A DNA stretch of 58,852 nt from Thermoplasmatota archaeon (GTDB taxonomy: Archaea; Thermoplasmatota; DTKX01; DATEUP01): assembly GCA_035283065.1 (NCBI GenBank), contig DATEUP010000275.1, forward strand, positions 1-58,852. The letters run 5' to 3'. The translations under genes and the position numbers were made by a program. Under the pieces are notes generated by a model, which searched no databases, was not told where the DNA came from, and saw only the letters and a program-made list of their open reading frames with translations. Positions 1 to 8,652 of this stretch are shown one piece after another. The first letter of the stretch is position 1. Every line of letters starts with the position of its first letter.

Positions 1-9
1 CCGCCGCAG

Positions 10-1905
10 GTGGCGTTCCTGCCGTGGACCTACGACCGCGCCCGCGGCGTGTGGCTTGCGCCCTCGAAGGACCTGTCGCTGATCATGCAGGCGTTCCCCG
101 GTGTGCGAATCCAGATGAACAAGTCCCTCGGGACCGAAGTAGCGCAAGCGAAGGAGAAGCGCGATGCTTCGGCGGCCGTGACGGCGCGCGGGGATCTTTT
201 GATCCCGGTCCCGGACGGCCTGGAACTCATGCCGTTCCAGGTCGCCGGCGTCGAGTGGATCGAGCGGTGCAGGGGGCGCGCGATGCTCGGGTGCGATATG
301 GGAACAGGCAAGACCATGCAGGCGCTCTCGTGGCTAAACCTTCACCCCGAGCATCGGCCGGCGGTGGTCGTATGCCCAAACAGCGTGAAGATAAACTGGC
401 AGCGGGAAGCGGAGAAGTGGTTGATCGACCCAAACGACCGCGTCGAGGTGGGTAAGGGCGGAAAGCCCAAGCCCGCGATCCTAAAGTCGGCCACCGTGCT
501 CGTGCTCAACTACGACATCCTGCACCGATGGGTAGAAGCGCTCGGGAAGGTCGCCGTCGCCATCCTCGACGAAGTTCACTACGTCAAGAGCCGCGACGCT
601 AGGCGGTCGGGTGCGGCCAAGACCCTATGCCGCAACGCCCGGCATGTCATCGCGCTTACCGGAACCCCGATCCTAAACCGTCCGGTTGAGGTCTGGCATC
701 AGGTGCATTGCATCGACCCGACCATCTTCCCCAACTTCGAGGAGTACGCCCGCGAGTACTGCGGCGGGAGCGGAAAGGGAAGGCGCGACCCGAAGGGACA
801 CGCCAATCTCGGGCAACTCGAGGAAGTGCTTCGGACCCGCGTGATGATTCGACGACGCAAGCAGGATGTACTCGACGATCTTCCCGAGAAGCGGCGCACC
901 ACGGTGTTGATGGAAATACCCATCACCGAGTACCAGGCGCACGAGCTGGAAGCGCGCGGCCGGGCCTCCCGGTTCAAGGAACTCAAGGAGGCGCTGCGCG
1001 GGATGCTAGAGGGCGTCGAGGATGAGGACGAACGCAAGCGGATACACGCCCAGAGCGTAGAGGGCCAAGAGGTCCCCAAGCTCCACGGCGCGCTCATGGC
1101 CGACATCGAGAATCTCAAGCAGGGCGCGGTCAACGCCAAGTACTCTCAGGTGATCGACTGGCTGAAGAACGCCGTCGAGCAGACGGACAAAATCATCGTG
1201 TTCGCCCACCACATCGCAATCCAGGACCGGCTCTTCAACGACCTTGAGGGCTACGGCGCGGCGCGGATCGCCGGGGGGATGAGCATCCAGAAGCGGCAGG
1301 CGAACATAGACAGGTTCCAGACGCAGGCCGACTGCCGGGTGATCGTCTGCTCGTTGGGCGCCGGCGCCTACGGGATCAACCTCCAGGCCGCCTCGCAGGT
1401 CGTGTTCGTCGAGTTGGGATGGAACCCGTCGCATCACGACCAGGCCGAGGACCGCGCGTACCGCAAGGGCCAGAAGAACGCCGTCAACTGCTGGTACATG
1501 GTCGCGCAGGGGACCATCGAGGAAGAGATCGCCCGGTTAATCGAGGCCAAGCGCGCTATCGTCTCGGCCGGCCAGGGAGACGTCGACCCCTACATCGAGC
1601 AGGACGGGATCATGGAGCGGGTGATAGACTACCTCGCCGGCGGGCCGACCGCGCATGTGGACCTGCCCGAGGCCGATCCCGACGACCCCGATTTTCACCC
1701 AAGTGAACAAGAAGCCGAGGATTGTGAACAGGACCCCGCCGAAGGTGAACAGGGCCCCGTTGAGGGAGAACGGCCCGGGCCTACGGAGCCCGCGGCGCCG
1801 CCCGATGAACCTGAACCGACCGACGAATCAACGCCGCCCGAGACAGCGCCTCCCGAAGACGAGCCGGAAACCGATCCAGAGGCTCAAGGCCCCGAAGGCC
1901 CCTGA
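10..1905 (+). CDS. SNF2/Rad54-family helicase/translocase; true 5' end probably at 58779 across the window junction
   Basis: 631-aa ORF opening at GTG. Motif I CDMGTGKT, motif II LDEVHYVK and LTGTPILNRP are present. C-lobe reads GINLQAASQVVFVELGWNPSHHDQAEDRAYRKGQ. The last ~80 aa form an acidic Pro/Glu-rich tail. Confidence 0.9.
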   Translation: MAFLPWTYDRARGVWLAPSKDLSLIMQAFPGVRIQMNKSLGTEVAQAKEKRDASAAVTARGDLLIPVPDGLELMPFQVAGVEWIERCRGRAMLGCDMGTGKTMQALSWLNLHPEHRPAVVVCPNSVKINWQREAEKWLIDPNDRVEVGKGGKPKPAILKSATVLVLNYDILHRWVEALGKVAVAILDEVHYVKSRDARRSGAAKTLCRNARHVIALTGTPILNRPVEVWHQVHCIDPTIFPNFEEYAREYCGGSGKGRRDPKGHANLGQLEEVLRTRVMIRRRKQDVLDDLPEKRRTTVLMEIPITEYQAHELEARGRASRFKELKEALRGMLEGVEDEDERKRIHAQSVEGQEVPKLHGALMADIENLKQGAVNAKYSQVIDWLKNAVEQTDKIIVFAHHIAIQDRLFNDLEGYGAARIAGGMSIQKRQANIDRFQTQADCRVIVCSLGAGAYGINLQAASQVVFVELGWNPSHHDQAEDRAYRKGQKNAVNCWYMVAQGTIEEEIARLIEAKRAIVSAGQGDVDPYIEQDGIMERVIDYLAGGPTAHVDLPEADPDDPDFHPSEQEAEDCEQDPAEGEQGPVEGERPGPTEPAAPPDEPEPTDESTPPETAPPEDEPETDPEAQGPEGP

Positions 1906-2719
1906 TTACCAGGTCGGCAACCTCGATCCCGTCGATTATGATCCTGCCCCGGATTGCGTTGAGGTTGGTCTCTCGGCGGGCTATGCCGAGGGGTTGAGTT
2001 CCGCGTTCGCGCGCCCGGGCCGCCTCATCGCGGATTGCCGTCAGTTCGACGGCGATGCCGAAGATCCGGCGCGAGGCCGTTTGTCTGGCCTCCTCGTCGA
2101 AGCGTTCGCCGGCTTGCTCGATCACCCGCGTTTGGGCGACGAACTCGTCTACCAGGCGGGCGGCCCGGTCGGCGCGCGCGATCAGACCGGCGACGTCGGC
2201 GGCGCGTCCGGCCAGGTGTTCGCGGGCGGCAAGCGAAACCTCGGGACGTTCGACGGCATCGGCGGCCTCTACGTCCACGCGTGCTTCCCCCCGCCGTCCG
2301 GCCGCTAACTGCGCCTCGACCTCTACCTCCAAGAGGGCGTTTTCGATGAGGGGGCGGAACTCTAGCACGCTACCCTCGATGCCGATTTGCGGGATTCCAG
2401 TGAGGCGCCCTAGGATCTGGAGCCTCAGAAGGTCTACCCGGAGCCGCGCTTGATCGAGTTCCGCCTCGGCTAGCCGCGCCGTCGCGCGCTCCACCTCGGC
2501 CATCTGGTTGAAGGACGTGATGCCAGACTTGATCCGCTCGGCGAACTCCGGGGCCGAGTTGGGGAATCGAAGATCGTTGAGCTTCTCGAGGCTTCCGGCC
2601 AGGAGGCGTGCGCGGAAGGCGCGCTCTTGGGACTCGGATACCTCTACCTGGAGGCGGATCGATTCCTTTAGGGCGCGCAGGTACGCTTCGATCAGGTCGT
2701 CCTCGAACGGGATGGGCAC
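1781..2719 (-). CDS. family-A paralog (helical, unknown function) ending ...VHRAAPRAP
   Basis: 312-aa ORF with GTG start. N-terminus VPIPFEDDLIEAYLRAL aligns with MPNGQEDLADQYRDTL of 13281-14138. The 3' 125 nt lie antisense to the helicase tail. Confidence 0.7.
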   Translation of the reverse strand: MPIPFEDDLIEAYLRALKESIRLQVEVSESQERAFRARLLAGSLEKLNDLRFPNSAPEFAERIKSGITSFNQMAEVERATARLAEAELDQARLRVDLLRLQILGRLTGIPQIGIEGSVLEFRPLIENALLEVEVEAQLAAGRRGEARVDVEAADAVERPEVSLAAREHLAGRAADVAGLIARADRAARLVDEFVAQTRVIEQAGERFDEEARQTASRRIFGIAVELTAIRDEAARARERGTQPLGIARRETNLNAIRGRIIIDGIEVADLVIRGLRGLEPLDRFPARLREALSRAALIRRSVQVHRAAPRAP

Positions 2720-2759
2720 GGGGGCATGGTAGTCGCCGGCGGGGACGCAAGCAAGAGAA

Positions 2760-2803
2760 GGCCCGGGCGACGTGATGGAGGGAGGCGAAGCTGCGCCCGG
2801 GCC
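2760..2803. repeat. 10-bp inverted repeat GGCCCGGGCG / CGCCCGGGCC with 24-nt spacer between two leftward genes
   Basis: Read directly from the sequence. Lies in the 110-nt gap upstream of the GTG at 2719. Confidence 0.5.
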
Positions 2804-2828
2804 CTGGGTTCCTATAGCCGTGGCGATT

Positions 2829-3101
2829 CTACCTGCGCCGGCGCGTCGATGCCATGGGCCACGAGGCGACGAGGCACCCGAGGTATCCGCCGGCGAGGAC
2901 GCGGCCGTCCGGGGCGACCAGGAGCACGGCGACGCGGCGGGCCCGGCGCATCACCCGGAAGAGCCGGTCGCGCGCCTCGTCGGACGAGGGGGTCTCGATG
3001 ATCAGGCGGTAGGACCGCCGGTCGTCCGCGCGGTCCCGTTGCCGGCCGGTGTGGCGGTAGACCCGCCAGCGGCCGCGGGCGAAGCCAACGTCGCCGATCA
3101 C
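2829..3101 (-). CDS. hypothetical protein (90 aa)
   Basis: GTG start overlaps the TGA of the upstream gene (GTGA). Protein-like C-terminal half: ...YRLIIETPSSDEARDRLFRVMRRARRVAVLLVAPDG. Confidence 0.5.
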   Translation of the reverse strand: MIGDVGFARGRWRVYRHTGRQRDRADDRRSYRLIIETPSSDEARDRLFRVMRRARRVAVLLVAPDGRVLAGGYLGCLVASWPMASTRRRR

Positions 3102-3406
3102 GCGCCCGCCTTCCGGGTCTCGATGAAGCCCAGGTCGAGAGCCACCTCTTGGGCGCGGTCGTCTTCGTGACGATGCTCCTTGACGTACTTGACCATGTCC
3201 CGGGTCGCCACGTGGTAGGACTTCTCCTTGCGGCCCCGCGGCCCGCGGCGGCACACCTCCACCGTGAAGACGCCCCCGCGATCCAAGGCGCATCGGCGGG
3301 CGTGCGCCAGCGCCGCCCGTTCGGCCTCGCGGGCCGTTCGGAAGGTCTTGAGGGAGCCGCCATAGTGGCAGAACCCCGTGCAGATCCAGTCCCACTTGCC
3401 GGTCAT
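3098..3406 (-). CDS. hypothetical protein (102 aa)
   Basis: ATG 3406 is preceded by GGGAGG. Begins MTGKWDWICTGFCHYGG. Confidence 0.65.
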   Translation of the reverse strand: MTGKWDWICTGFCHYGGSLKTFRTAREAERAALAHARRCALDRGGVFTVEVCRRGPRGRKEKSYHVATRDMVKYVKEHRHEDDRAQEVALDLGFIETRKAGA

Positions 3407-3419
3407 GGTGTCCTCCCTT

Positions 3420-3665
3420 CTAGCGATCCCTGAAGTCCTTCGCCGCCTCCAGCACATCGCTGAAGTAGTGGCCGTTGCCAGCGTCGTCGACGCTGTGGTT
3501 GTAGATCCACGTCACGTACTCGGGCCCGCTCCCAGTCTGGATGAAGTAGGCCATCACGATGAACATCCCGTGTCGGTTCCCCCATGGCTTGGCGGCGATC
3601 ACCGTGTGCCCGGAGAACTTGCAACCCATCAGGTCGTTGGCGCAGGTTTCGGTCGTCTGGTCCAT
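3420..3665 (-). CDS. hypothetical protein (81 aa)
   Basis: AAGGAG lies 7 nt upstream of ATG 3665. Composition is not low-complexity. Confidence 0.6.
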   Translation of the reverse strand: MDQTTETCANDLMGCKFSGHTVIAAKPWGNRHGMFIVMAYFIQTGSGPEYVTWIYNHSVDDAGNGHYFSDVLEAAKDFRDR

Positions 3666-3737
3666 TGGTAGCTCCTTCTCCCGGTAGTCCGGGCCGTTCG
3701 GGGCGGCCCCTTGCGGGGCGGCCCCTCCCGGTTCGGC

Positions 3738-4049
3738 CTACGCGACGATCTGGATCTTCTGCGTGACTTCGGCGCGCGCGGCGGTCTTGACCATCTCGAC
3801 GGCCTTCTTGCCGAGGCGGTCGGCGGCGCCCTCGCCGAACACCTGCTTGATCCGCGCGATGCTCGTGTCCGTGCGCTCCTGCGCCTCGAGGGTTGCAACG
3901 AACCGCTCGCCGGTCATGCGCCGGGTCTTGCGGTTCGTCAGCAAGCGCCGCACCGTGTCGGTGAGGATGCCGGCCTCCTTCTCGATGGAGGACTTCTGGG
4001 CGCGCAGTTCTCCGAGCCGGTCGACGAGATCGCTGATACGAACGCTCAT
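3738..4049 (-). CDS. hypothetical protein (103 aa), first gene of leftward block
   Basis: Internal ATG 4049 in the context GGAGGTACGCCATG. Begins MSVRISDLVDRLGELRAQK. Confidence 0.65.
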   Translation of the reverse strand: MSVRISDLVDRLGELRAQKSSIEKEAGILTDTVRRLLTNRKTRRMTGERFVATLEAQERTDTSIARIKQVFGEGAADRLGKKAVEMVKTAARAEVTQKIQIVA

Positions 4050-4263
4050 GGCGTACCTCCGAAAAGGGTGGGCGCCGGGGGTGGTGTTTGCGACGGCCTC
4101 GTAGCGGGAGGCGGTAGGCGCGGTCCCCCGGCGCCCGTTGTTCGTTTGTTCGTTCGTCGCAAACACCGTCCCTTCCCCTAGCAACCGCCGTGCCAGCGTG
4201 GCGCTGCGATCCGGCGGCGGAAAACGCGGAAGATTCTGCCGGGTGTCGAGCGCCGTCGACGCG

Positions 4264-4345
4264 GTGTAGACTTTCGTGGAATTTCGCGGATTGCGCCGCG
4301 CAATCGCGTCGACTTTTCTCTACGCGAGTCTTATGGATTCTACAC
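4264..4345. repeat. nested inverted repeats in the divergent control region
   Basis: GTGTAGA (4264-4270) pairs with TCTACAC (4339-4345). GATTGCG-CCG-CGCAATC sits at 4289-4305. GTCGAC occurs at 4255 and 4308. Confidence 0.6.
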
Positions 4346-4370
4346 AGCCATGGGCGAAAACCGCGATTCC

Positions 4371-4386
4371 GGTACGCATTCGTACC
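4371..4386. promoter_or_regulatory. operator-like palindrome GGTACGCATTCGTACC
   Basis: Perfect GGTACG-N4-CGTACC. Lies 83 nt upstream of the first rightward gene. Confidence 0.6.
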
Positions 4387-4468
4387 TTGCATTCTGGCAC
4401 GACGCTTGCTAAGGGTCAAGTCGGTGTTTGCGAACGAAACAACGACCCCCAACGAAGGGAGGACGGCT

Positions 4469-4663
4469 ATGGAACGGAAGAAACCGCGTCTCAAGCTCGT
4501 GGGCAAGGACGGCAACGCCTTCATGATCCTCGGCCTCGCGTTCCGCGCCCTGAAGGCTGCGGGATACACGCCCGAGGAGATCGCCAAGTTCAAGGCGCAA
4601 GCCACTGCTTCGGACTACGACCACCTGCTGCGCACGACGATGGAGTGGTTCGATGTCCGGTAA
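4469..4663 (+). CDS. hypothetical small protein (64 aa)
   Basis: GGGAGG SD upstream of ATG 4469. Sequence MERKKPRLKLVGKDGNAFMILGLAFRALKAAGYTPEEI. Confidence 0.7.
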   Translation: MERKKPRLKLVGKDGNAFMILGLAFRALKAAGYTPEEIAKFKAQATASDYDHLLRTTMEWFDVR

Positions 4664-4943
4664 CACCCACCCCAAGATCATCGACGCCGGGGCCCTCAAC
4701 GGCGCCCCGATATCCAAGACGACGACCCTCGATAGCCGGGCCAAGAACGGCCGGGAGTTCTTCGTGATCCACGCGACCGCCGGGTACGAGGCGGCCGGCG
4801 CGATGCTCCGCCGGACGGACGGCTACTTCGGCTGCGTCTTCTACCAGCAGGGCGCCCGCAACGGTCGGCTGACCAAGACCGAGGCCGAGGCGCGCGCGTT
4901 GTTCCAGATGTGGACCGCCCCCGAGGAGGTGGCCCGTGGTTAA
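4653..4943 (+). CDS. hypothetical protein (96 aa)
   Basis: ATG overlaps the upstream gene by 11 nt. Part of the same-strand chain. Confidence 0.55.
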   Translation: MSGNTHPKIIDAGALNGAPISKTTTLDSRAKNGREFFVIHATAGYEAAGAMLRRTDGYFGCVFYQQGARNGRLTKTEAEARALFQMWTAPEEVARG

Positions 4944-5175
4944 CACCTTCACGTTCCTCCAGTCCGCCGACCCCGAACTCCTGCGCGCGCAACGCCGCGG
5001 CCTGCGCGAACTGCGGGTGCTGATCAAGTGCTACCTGTACGACATGCTCTCGGAGGACGCCCGCCCTATCCGCGTCGTCAGCGTCCGCCGGGTATTCGGT
5101 TCCGGCCCGATTCGCTTCTCCGTCACGGTGCGCGGCCCCGCCAAGGCGACGCGCCAACTCAAGGAGGTGCTCTGA
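4936..5175 (+). CDS. hypothetical protein (79 aa)
   Basis: GTG start overlaps the upstream stop (GTGGTTAA). Confidence 0.5.
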   Translation: MVNTFTFLQSADPELLRAQRRGLRELRVLIKCYLYDMLSEDARPIRVVSVRRVFGSGPIRFSVTVRGPAKATRQLKEVL

Positions 5176-5459
5176 TGGCCAAAGTTCAGGTGTACGCCTT
5201 CGACAAGGACGGGAAGATGCTCCACTGCGCGCCTCGGGAGATCCCCGCGCGGTTCGGCCCCGGCACCATCCGTCGGTGGGAACGCGAGTGGCGCAAGTGG
5301 GCGCTGAACGAGGTGCCGGCCGACTGCCCGACCGGGATCGCCGTTCGGACCCGCCGCCACGGTTCCTGGTTGGTCGAGTGGCCGGCCAGTCCGGTCTACT
5401 ACGCGGCCAAGGGGCATCCGATGCGCCCGGCCGCGCAGGAGGTGACCGATGCGCGTTGA
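5175..5459 (+). CDS. hypothetical protein (94 aa)
   Basis: AAGGAGG SD. The ATG shares one nt with the upstream TGA. Confidence 0.65.
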   Translation: MAKVQVYAFDKDGKMLHCAPREIPARFGPGTIRRWEREWRKWALNEVPADCPTGIAVRTRRHGSWLVEWPASPVYYAAKGHPMRPAAQEVTDAR

Positions 5460-5712
5460 ACGCCGGTGGAACATCGACCCGGACCCCGACGTCGAGTACC
5501 GCGTCCACTCGGACGGCTACGGGTTCACGACCCGGACGCCCTTCGGCTACACGGCCTATCGGATCGTGGCCCTGCGCCGCGCCTGGTACACGGGCGGGGA
5601 ACTCTACATCGTCAAGGAGCGTCACCAGCGCCACGGCGCGACCCGCCGCTTCTTCACGCCGGTTGCCGTGTGGGAGGACGTGATGGCCGAGGTGTTTGGA
5701 GCGGAGGTGTAG
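5449..5712 (+). CDS. hypothetical protein (87 aa)
   Basis: ATG overlaps the upstream gene by 11 nt. Confidence 0.55.
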   Translation: MRVERRWNIDPDPDVEYRVHSDGYGFTTRTPFGYTAYRIVALRRAWYTGGELYIVKERHQRHGATRRFFTPVAVWEDVMAEVFGAEV

Positions 5713-5713
5713 C

Positions 5714-5926
5714 ATGGGGAACGCGATCAAGTGCAGCGGGTGCGGTTCGGTCGAGGTTCTCTGCCCTGAGTCCCCCTCGCCGGCGCCGCGCTGCCCGGAC
5801 TGCGGGAAGCCCAGGAAGGCACGGTCGCCCATCGGCGTCGGCGCATGCGGACACGTTCGCTGCGACTGCTCCGATGGGGCCTTCTACGGGCGCGAGGAGG
5901 TGTCGGACGCCGACCCCGGTTTGTAG
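5714..5926 (+). CDS. zinc-ribbon protein (70 aa)
   Basis: GGAGGTG SD. Two Cys pairs: CSGCG ... CPDCG. Confidence 0.6.
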   Translation: MGNAIKCSGCGSVEVLCPESPSPAPRCPDCGKPRKARSPIGVGACGHVRCDCSDGAFYGREEVSDADPGL

Positions 5927-5935
5927 GCCGAAGAC

Positions 5936-5964
5936 TTGACAAACGCTGCGTCAGAAGGTACGGT
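5936..5964 (+). promoter_or_regulatory. sigma70-like promoter TTGACA-N17-TACGGT
   Basis: Perfect -35 at 5936-5941. The -10 (5959-5964) is embedded in the operator-like site. Lies 31 nt upstream of ATG 5995. Confidence 0.45.
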
Positions 5965-5972
5965 ATCGTAAC
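5957..5972. promoter_or_regulatory. operator-like site GGTACGGTATCGTAAC (1 mismatch)
   Basis: Matches GGTACG-N4-CGTACC at 15 of 16 defined-plus-spacer positions. Overlaps the -10. Confidence 0.55.
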
Positions 5973-5994
5973 CTGTTGTTTTAGGAGGTACGCC

Positions 5995-7338
5995 ATGAGG
6001 CTCACGCATCTGAAGGTTTCCAACTTCCTCGGCCTCGAGGACTTCGAGCTCGAGGCCGGAAAGGTCGTCCTGGCTCGGGGGCCGAACGCCGCCGGCAAGA
6101 CCTCGATCATCAAGGCCATCAGCGCGGCCTTCGTGGGGGAGACCGACCCGAAGGTCATCCACCACGACGGCGAGACCGCCGAGGTGTTCGTCCAGCTCGA
6201 CAACGGGATGAGCATCCGCCGGGTGATCGGCGCGGGCGGCGCCACCCTGGACGTGCGGGACGCCGACGACGAGAAGGTCGCCAAGCCGCAGACGGTGATC
6301 AAGGCGCTGCTCGGCGCCCTCGCCTTCAACCCCGTCGAGTTCTACGCGCTCTCGGCGCGGGAACGCAAGCAGTACCTCCTGCGGGCGCTCGAGGTCAAGA
6401 TCAAGCGCCAGACGGTGGAGAAGTGGTGCGGGGAGGTTCCCGCCGGCGTCGACCTCGACCGCCACGGCCTCGAGGTCCTCAAGTCGCTCGAGGAGCACTA
6501 CTTCGCCCTCCGGCACGAGATCCACGCGAAGGCCCTGGACCGGGAGGGGGGAGCCAAGGAGATCGCGGCGGAACTGCCCGAGGGGTTCGCCCCCGACGTG
6601 GCCCGCTCCCTCAACGTCCACGACCTGATGGAGGTGGTCAACAGGCACGAGGCCGCCGAGGCGGCGCGCGCCGAGCGCACCGAGGCGGTTGCGGCCGCCC
6701 GCGAGGCCCTCGCGGCCCGCGAAGCCGAGGTGGAGCAACTGGCGATGCGGGTCGCCCGCGCCAAGGAACAGGTCAAGGCCGCGGTCGATGCCGTCGAGAA
6801 GACGAAGGGGGCGGTGGGCGAGGTTCGGGGCCCGGACGCATCGGCGGTCAAGGTCGCCCGCGAGACGCTGGCCGAGTACGACCGCACCAAGAAGGTCCTC
6901 GCCCGCCACGAGGAGATGACCCGTCTGATGGACGACGCGAAGACGGCCCGCGACGAGTGGGCGAAACTGGATGCGCTGGTCAAGTTCCTCCAGACGGAGG
7001 CGCCCAGGGAGATCCTCGAGAAGCTGCCGCCGGTGGCCAAGGGCCTCAAGATCGACGGCGAGAACCTCACCCTCAACGGGACCCCCCTCGACCATCTTTC
7101 CTCGGGCGAGCAATTGAGGTTCGCCGTGGAGATCGCCCGGGCCCTCGCCGGCGACCTCAAGCTCCTCTGCGTCGACGGGATCGAGCGGCTCGACCCGGAG
7201 GCCCGCGAGGCGTTCATGGCGCAGTGCAAGGGGGACGCCTACCAGTACGTCCTCACCGAGGTGGCCGGGGGGAAGATGAAGGTGACCTCGACGAACGGCG
7301 ACGTCAAGAAGGCCAAGCTGGCCGGGAGGAAGGCATGA
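5995..7338 (+). CDS. SMC/SbcC/RecF-like AAA ATPase with coiled-coil insert
   Basis: TAGGAGG SD. Walker A GPNAAGKTS, Ala/Glu/Arg-rich coiled-coil middle, signature LSSGEQLRF, Walker B LLCVDGIERLD. Confidence 0.8.
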   Translation: MRLTHLKVSNFLGLEDFELEAGKVVLARGPNAAGKTSIIKAISAAFVGETDPKVIHHDGETAEVFVQLDNGMSIRRVIGAGGATLDVRDADDEKVAKPQTVIKALLGALAFNPVEFYALSARERKQYLLRALEVKIKRQTVEKWCGEVPAGVDLDRHGLEVLKSLEEHYFALRHEIHAKALDREGGAKEIAAELPEGFAPDVARSLNVHDLMEVVNRHEAAEAARAERTEAVAAAREALAAREAEVEQLAMRVARAKEQVKAAVDAVEKTKGAVGEVRGPDASAVKVARETLAEYDRTKKVLARHEEMTRLMDDAKTARDEWAKLDALVKFLQTEAPREILEKLPPVAKGLKIDGENLTLNGTPLDHLSSGEQLRFAVEIARALAGDLKLLCVDGIERLDPEAREAFMAQCKGDAYQYVLTEVAGGKMKVTSTNGDVKKAKLAGRKA

Positions 7339-7619
7339 CCGAAGGTTGGATGGCTGAGATGCCAAGCGCGTCGCGGGTGTACCACTACATCGTGGACACC
7401 CGGAGCCTCTGCGGGAGGTGGGGCCTGTACATGGGGGAGTTGATGGGGTTCCGTTTGGGGAGGAGGGGGAAGGAGGACTGCGCCACATGCTACCGGAAGG
7501 CGCTTGAGCGCCAACCGCGATTCAAGGAACTCGTCGCCAAGTTGCGAAGGGACGGCGAGCCTTTACGCATCTCGCGGCAGAACGCCGCGAGGGTTATCGC
7601 AGAGGAGGCAATGCAATGA
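7335..7619 (+). CDS. hypothetical protein (94 aa)
   Basis: ATGA overlap with the upstream gene. Confidence 0.55.
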   Translation: MTEGWMAEMPSASRVYHYIVDTRSLCGRWGLYMGELMGFRLGRRGKEDCATCYRKALERQPRFKELVAKLRRDGEPLRISRQNAARVIAEEAMQ

Positions 7620-7918
7620 CGCCCGACGACTACAACCGCACCTACGAGATGGAAAAGTGGGGATCGCGGTCCGACTTGCGGCCCGCTGGCGACCCGGTTC
7701 CTCCGGCGCCGCGGCCGCTCGATGACCGGCCCGCCTCCCACGCCATGCTGGCGGCCGAACTTGCGGACGTGCGGCGCGACTGCAGGCGGCTTGTCGAGGT
7801 ACTCGGCGCGTGCGTCGAGCGCCTCGAACACTGCCAGCCTCCCGAAGGGGGACTGACCGAACAGGTGATCCGGTGCGCCAAGTCGGCGATCGCCGACGCC
7901 GAAAGGCGGTTGGGATGA
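7616..7918 (+). CDS. hypothetical protein (100 aa)
   Basis: ATGA overlap. Confidence 0.55.
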   Translation: MTPDDYNRTYEMEKWGSRSDLRPAGDPVPPAPRPLDDRPASHAMLAAELADVRRDCRRLVEVLGACVERLEHCQPPEGGLTEQVIRCAKSAIADAERRLG

Positions 7919-8055
7919 ACCCGGAGCGCGTCTACCGGCGCCTGCGGTTCCTCTGGAAGAACTGCAAGGAACTCTGCGGCCCGGGATGCGCGTGCGCGGA
8001 TCTGGTGATCGAAGCGGTCAAGGTTTTGGTCGAACAGGAAAGGAAGCGCCGATGA
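7915..8055 (+). CDS. hypothetical small protein (46 aa)
   Basis: ATGA overlap at both ends of the chain. Confidence 0.45.
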   Translation: MNPERVYRRLRFLWKNCKELCGPGCACADLVIEAVKVLVEQERKRR

Positions 8056-8234
8056 GCAACATCGTCACGAACGAGGACCTCGTCCGCGCCGACGAGCGAG
8101 TTTACGTCGCCGACGAAACTCTGAGGCTTGCGCGGCAGGCGGTGGAGAAGGCGACCGAGCATCTCAACGCCGCGGCCGAGGCGCGCAACGATATCCTCGC
8201 GGCCCTGCGGTACAACGGCGGGGTGCTCAGATGA
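8052..8234 (+). CDS. hypothetical protein (60 aa)
   Basis: ATGA overlap. Confidence 0.5.
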   Translation: MSNIVTNEDLVRADERVYVADETLRLARQAVEKATEHLNAAAEARNDILAALRYNGGVLR

Positions 8235-8494
8235 GGTACCGGACCTTCGAGTGGACGACCAAGGACGACGAGGAAGTCGGCCAGGCGATCAGCGCCGCAA
8301 CCCGCCTCGGCGTCCGCTGGTGGGGGCCGACCTCCAAGTGCTGCACGGCGGCCTACATCTTCACCCTGGCCCCGCCGGCCGACCGTGCTCCGGGGGCCGT
8401 CGTCGAGGCCCTTTGCCCCGCCTGCGACCTCCTGCGCTACACACGGATCGTGTGCCTCGAGATGATCGAGCGGGAAATGTGGGCGATGACGTGA
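8231..8494 (+). CDS. hypothetical protein (87 aa)
   Basis: ATGA overlap. Confidence 0.55.
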   Translation: MRYRTFEWTTKDDEEVGQAISAATRLGVRWWGPTSKCCTAAYIFTLAPPADRAPGAVVEALCPACDLLRYTRIVCLEMIEREMWAMT

Positions 8495-8652
8495 TGAATT
8501 GTTCCCATGGCGATGAGGTCTTCGCCGGTTGCATGGCGCGGAGGGCCGAAGACCCGTGCCCCCAGGACGCCGGCGGGATCCTCCTCAAGCAACAGGGGCC
8601 GGGCGCTTCGGCCGCCCGGCTTCCGCTATATTTTGAAGAGGCCAAGCCATGA
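8494..8652 (+). CDS. hypothetical small protein (52 aa)
   Basis: The ATG shares one nt with the upstream TGA. Confidence 0.4.
   Translation: MNCSHGDEVFAGCMARRAEDPCPQDAGGILLKQQGPGASAARLPLYFEEAKP

Noticed and set aside
3700-3725. GGGGCGGCCCC-TTGC-GGGGCGGCCCC as a terminator after gene 3738-4049
   Set aside because: The two 11-mers are direct repeats, not inverted. Only a 5-bp stem can form and there is no U-tract.
4040-4057. GGTACGCCATG next to start codons (also at 5987-5997), resembling an operator half-site
   Set aside because: The second half of the palindrome is absent. The string is simply a shared SD-spacer-ATG context (GGAGGTACGCCATG).
3403-5832. Minus-strand ORFs 3403-4605 (400 aa) and 4696-5832 (378 aa)
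   Set aside because: They span the divergent control region and run opposite the SD-led, translationally coupled small genes. Their composition is Arg/Pro/Gly-rich.
5884-7488. 534-aa minus-strand ORF opposite the SMC-like ATPase
   Set aside because: This is a typical high-GC shadow ORF: Arg/Gly/Pro/Leu-rich with no motifs. The plus strand has clear Walker and signature motifs.
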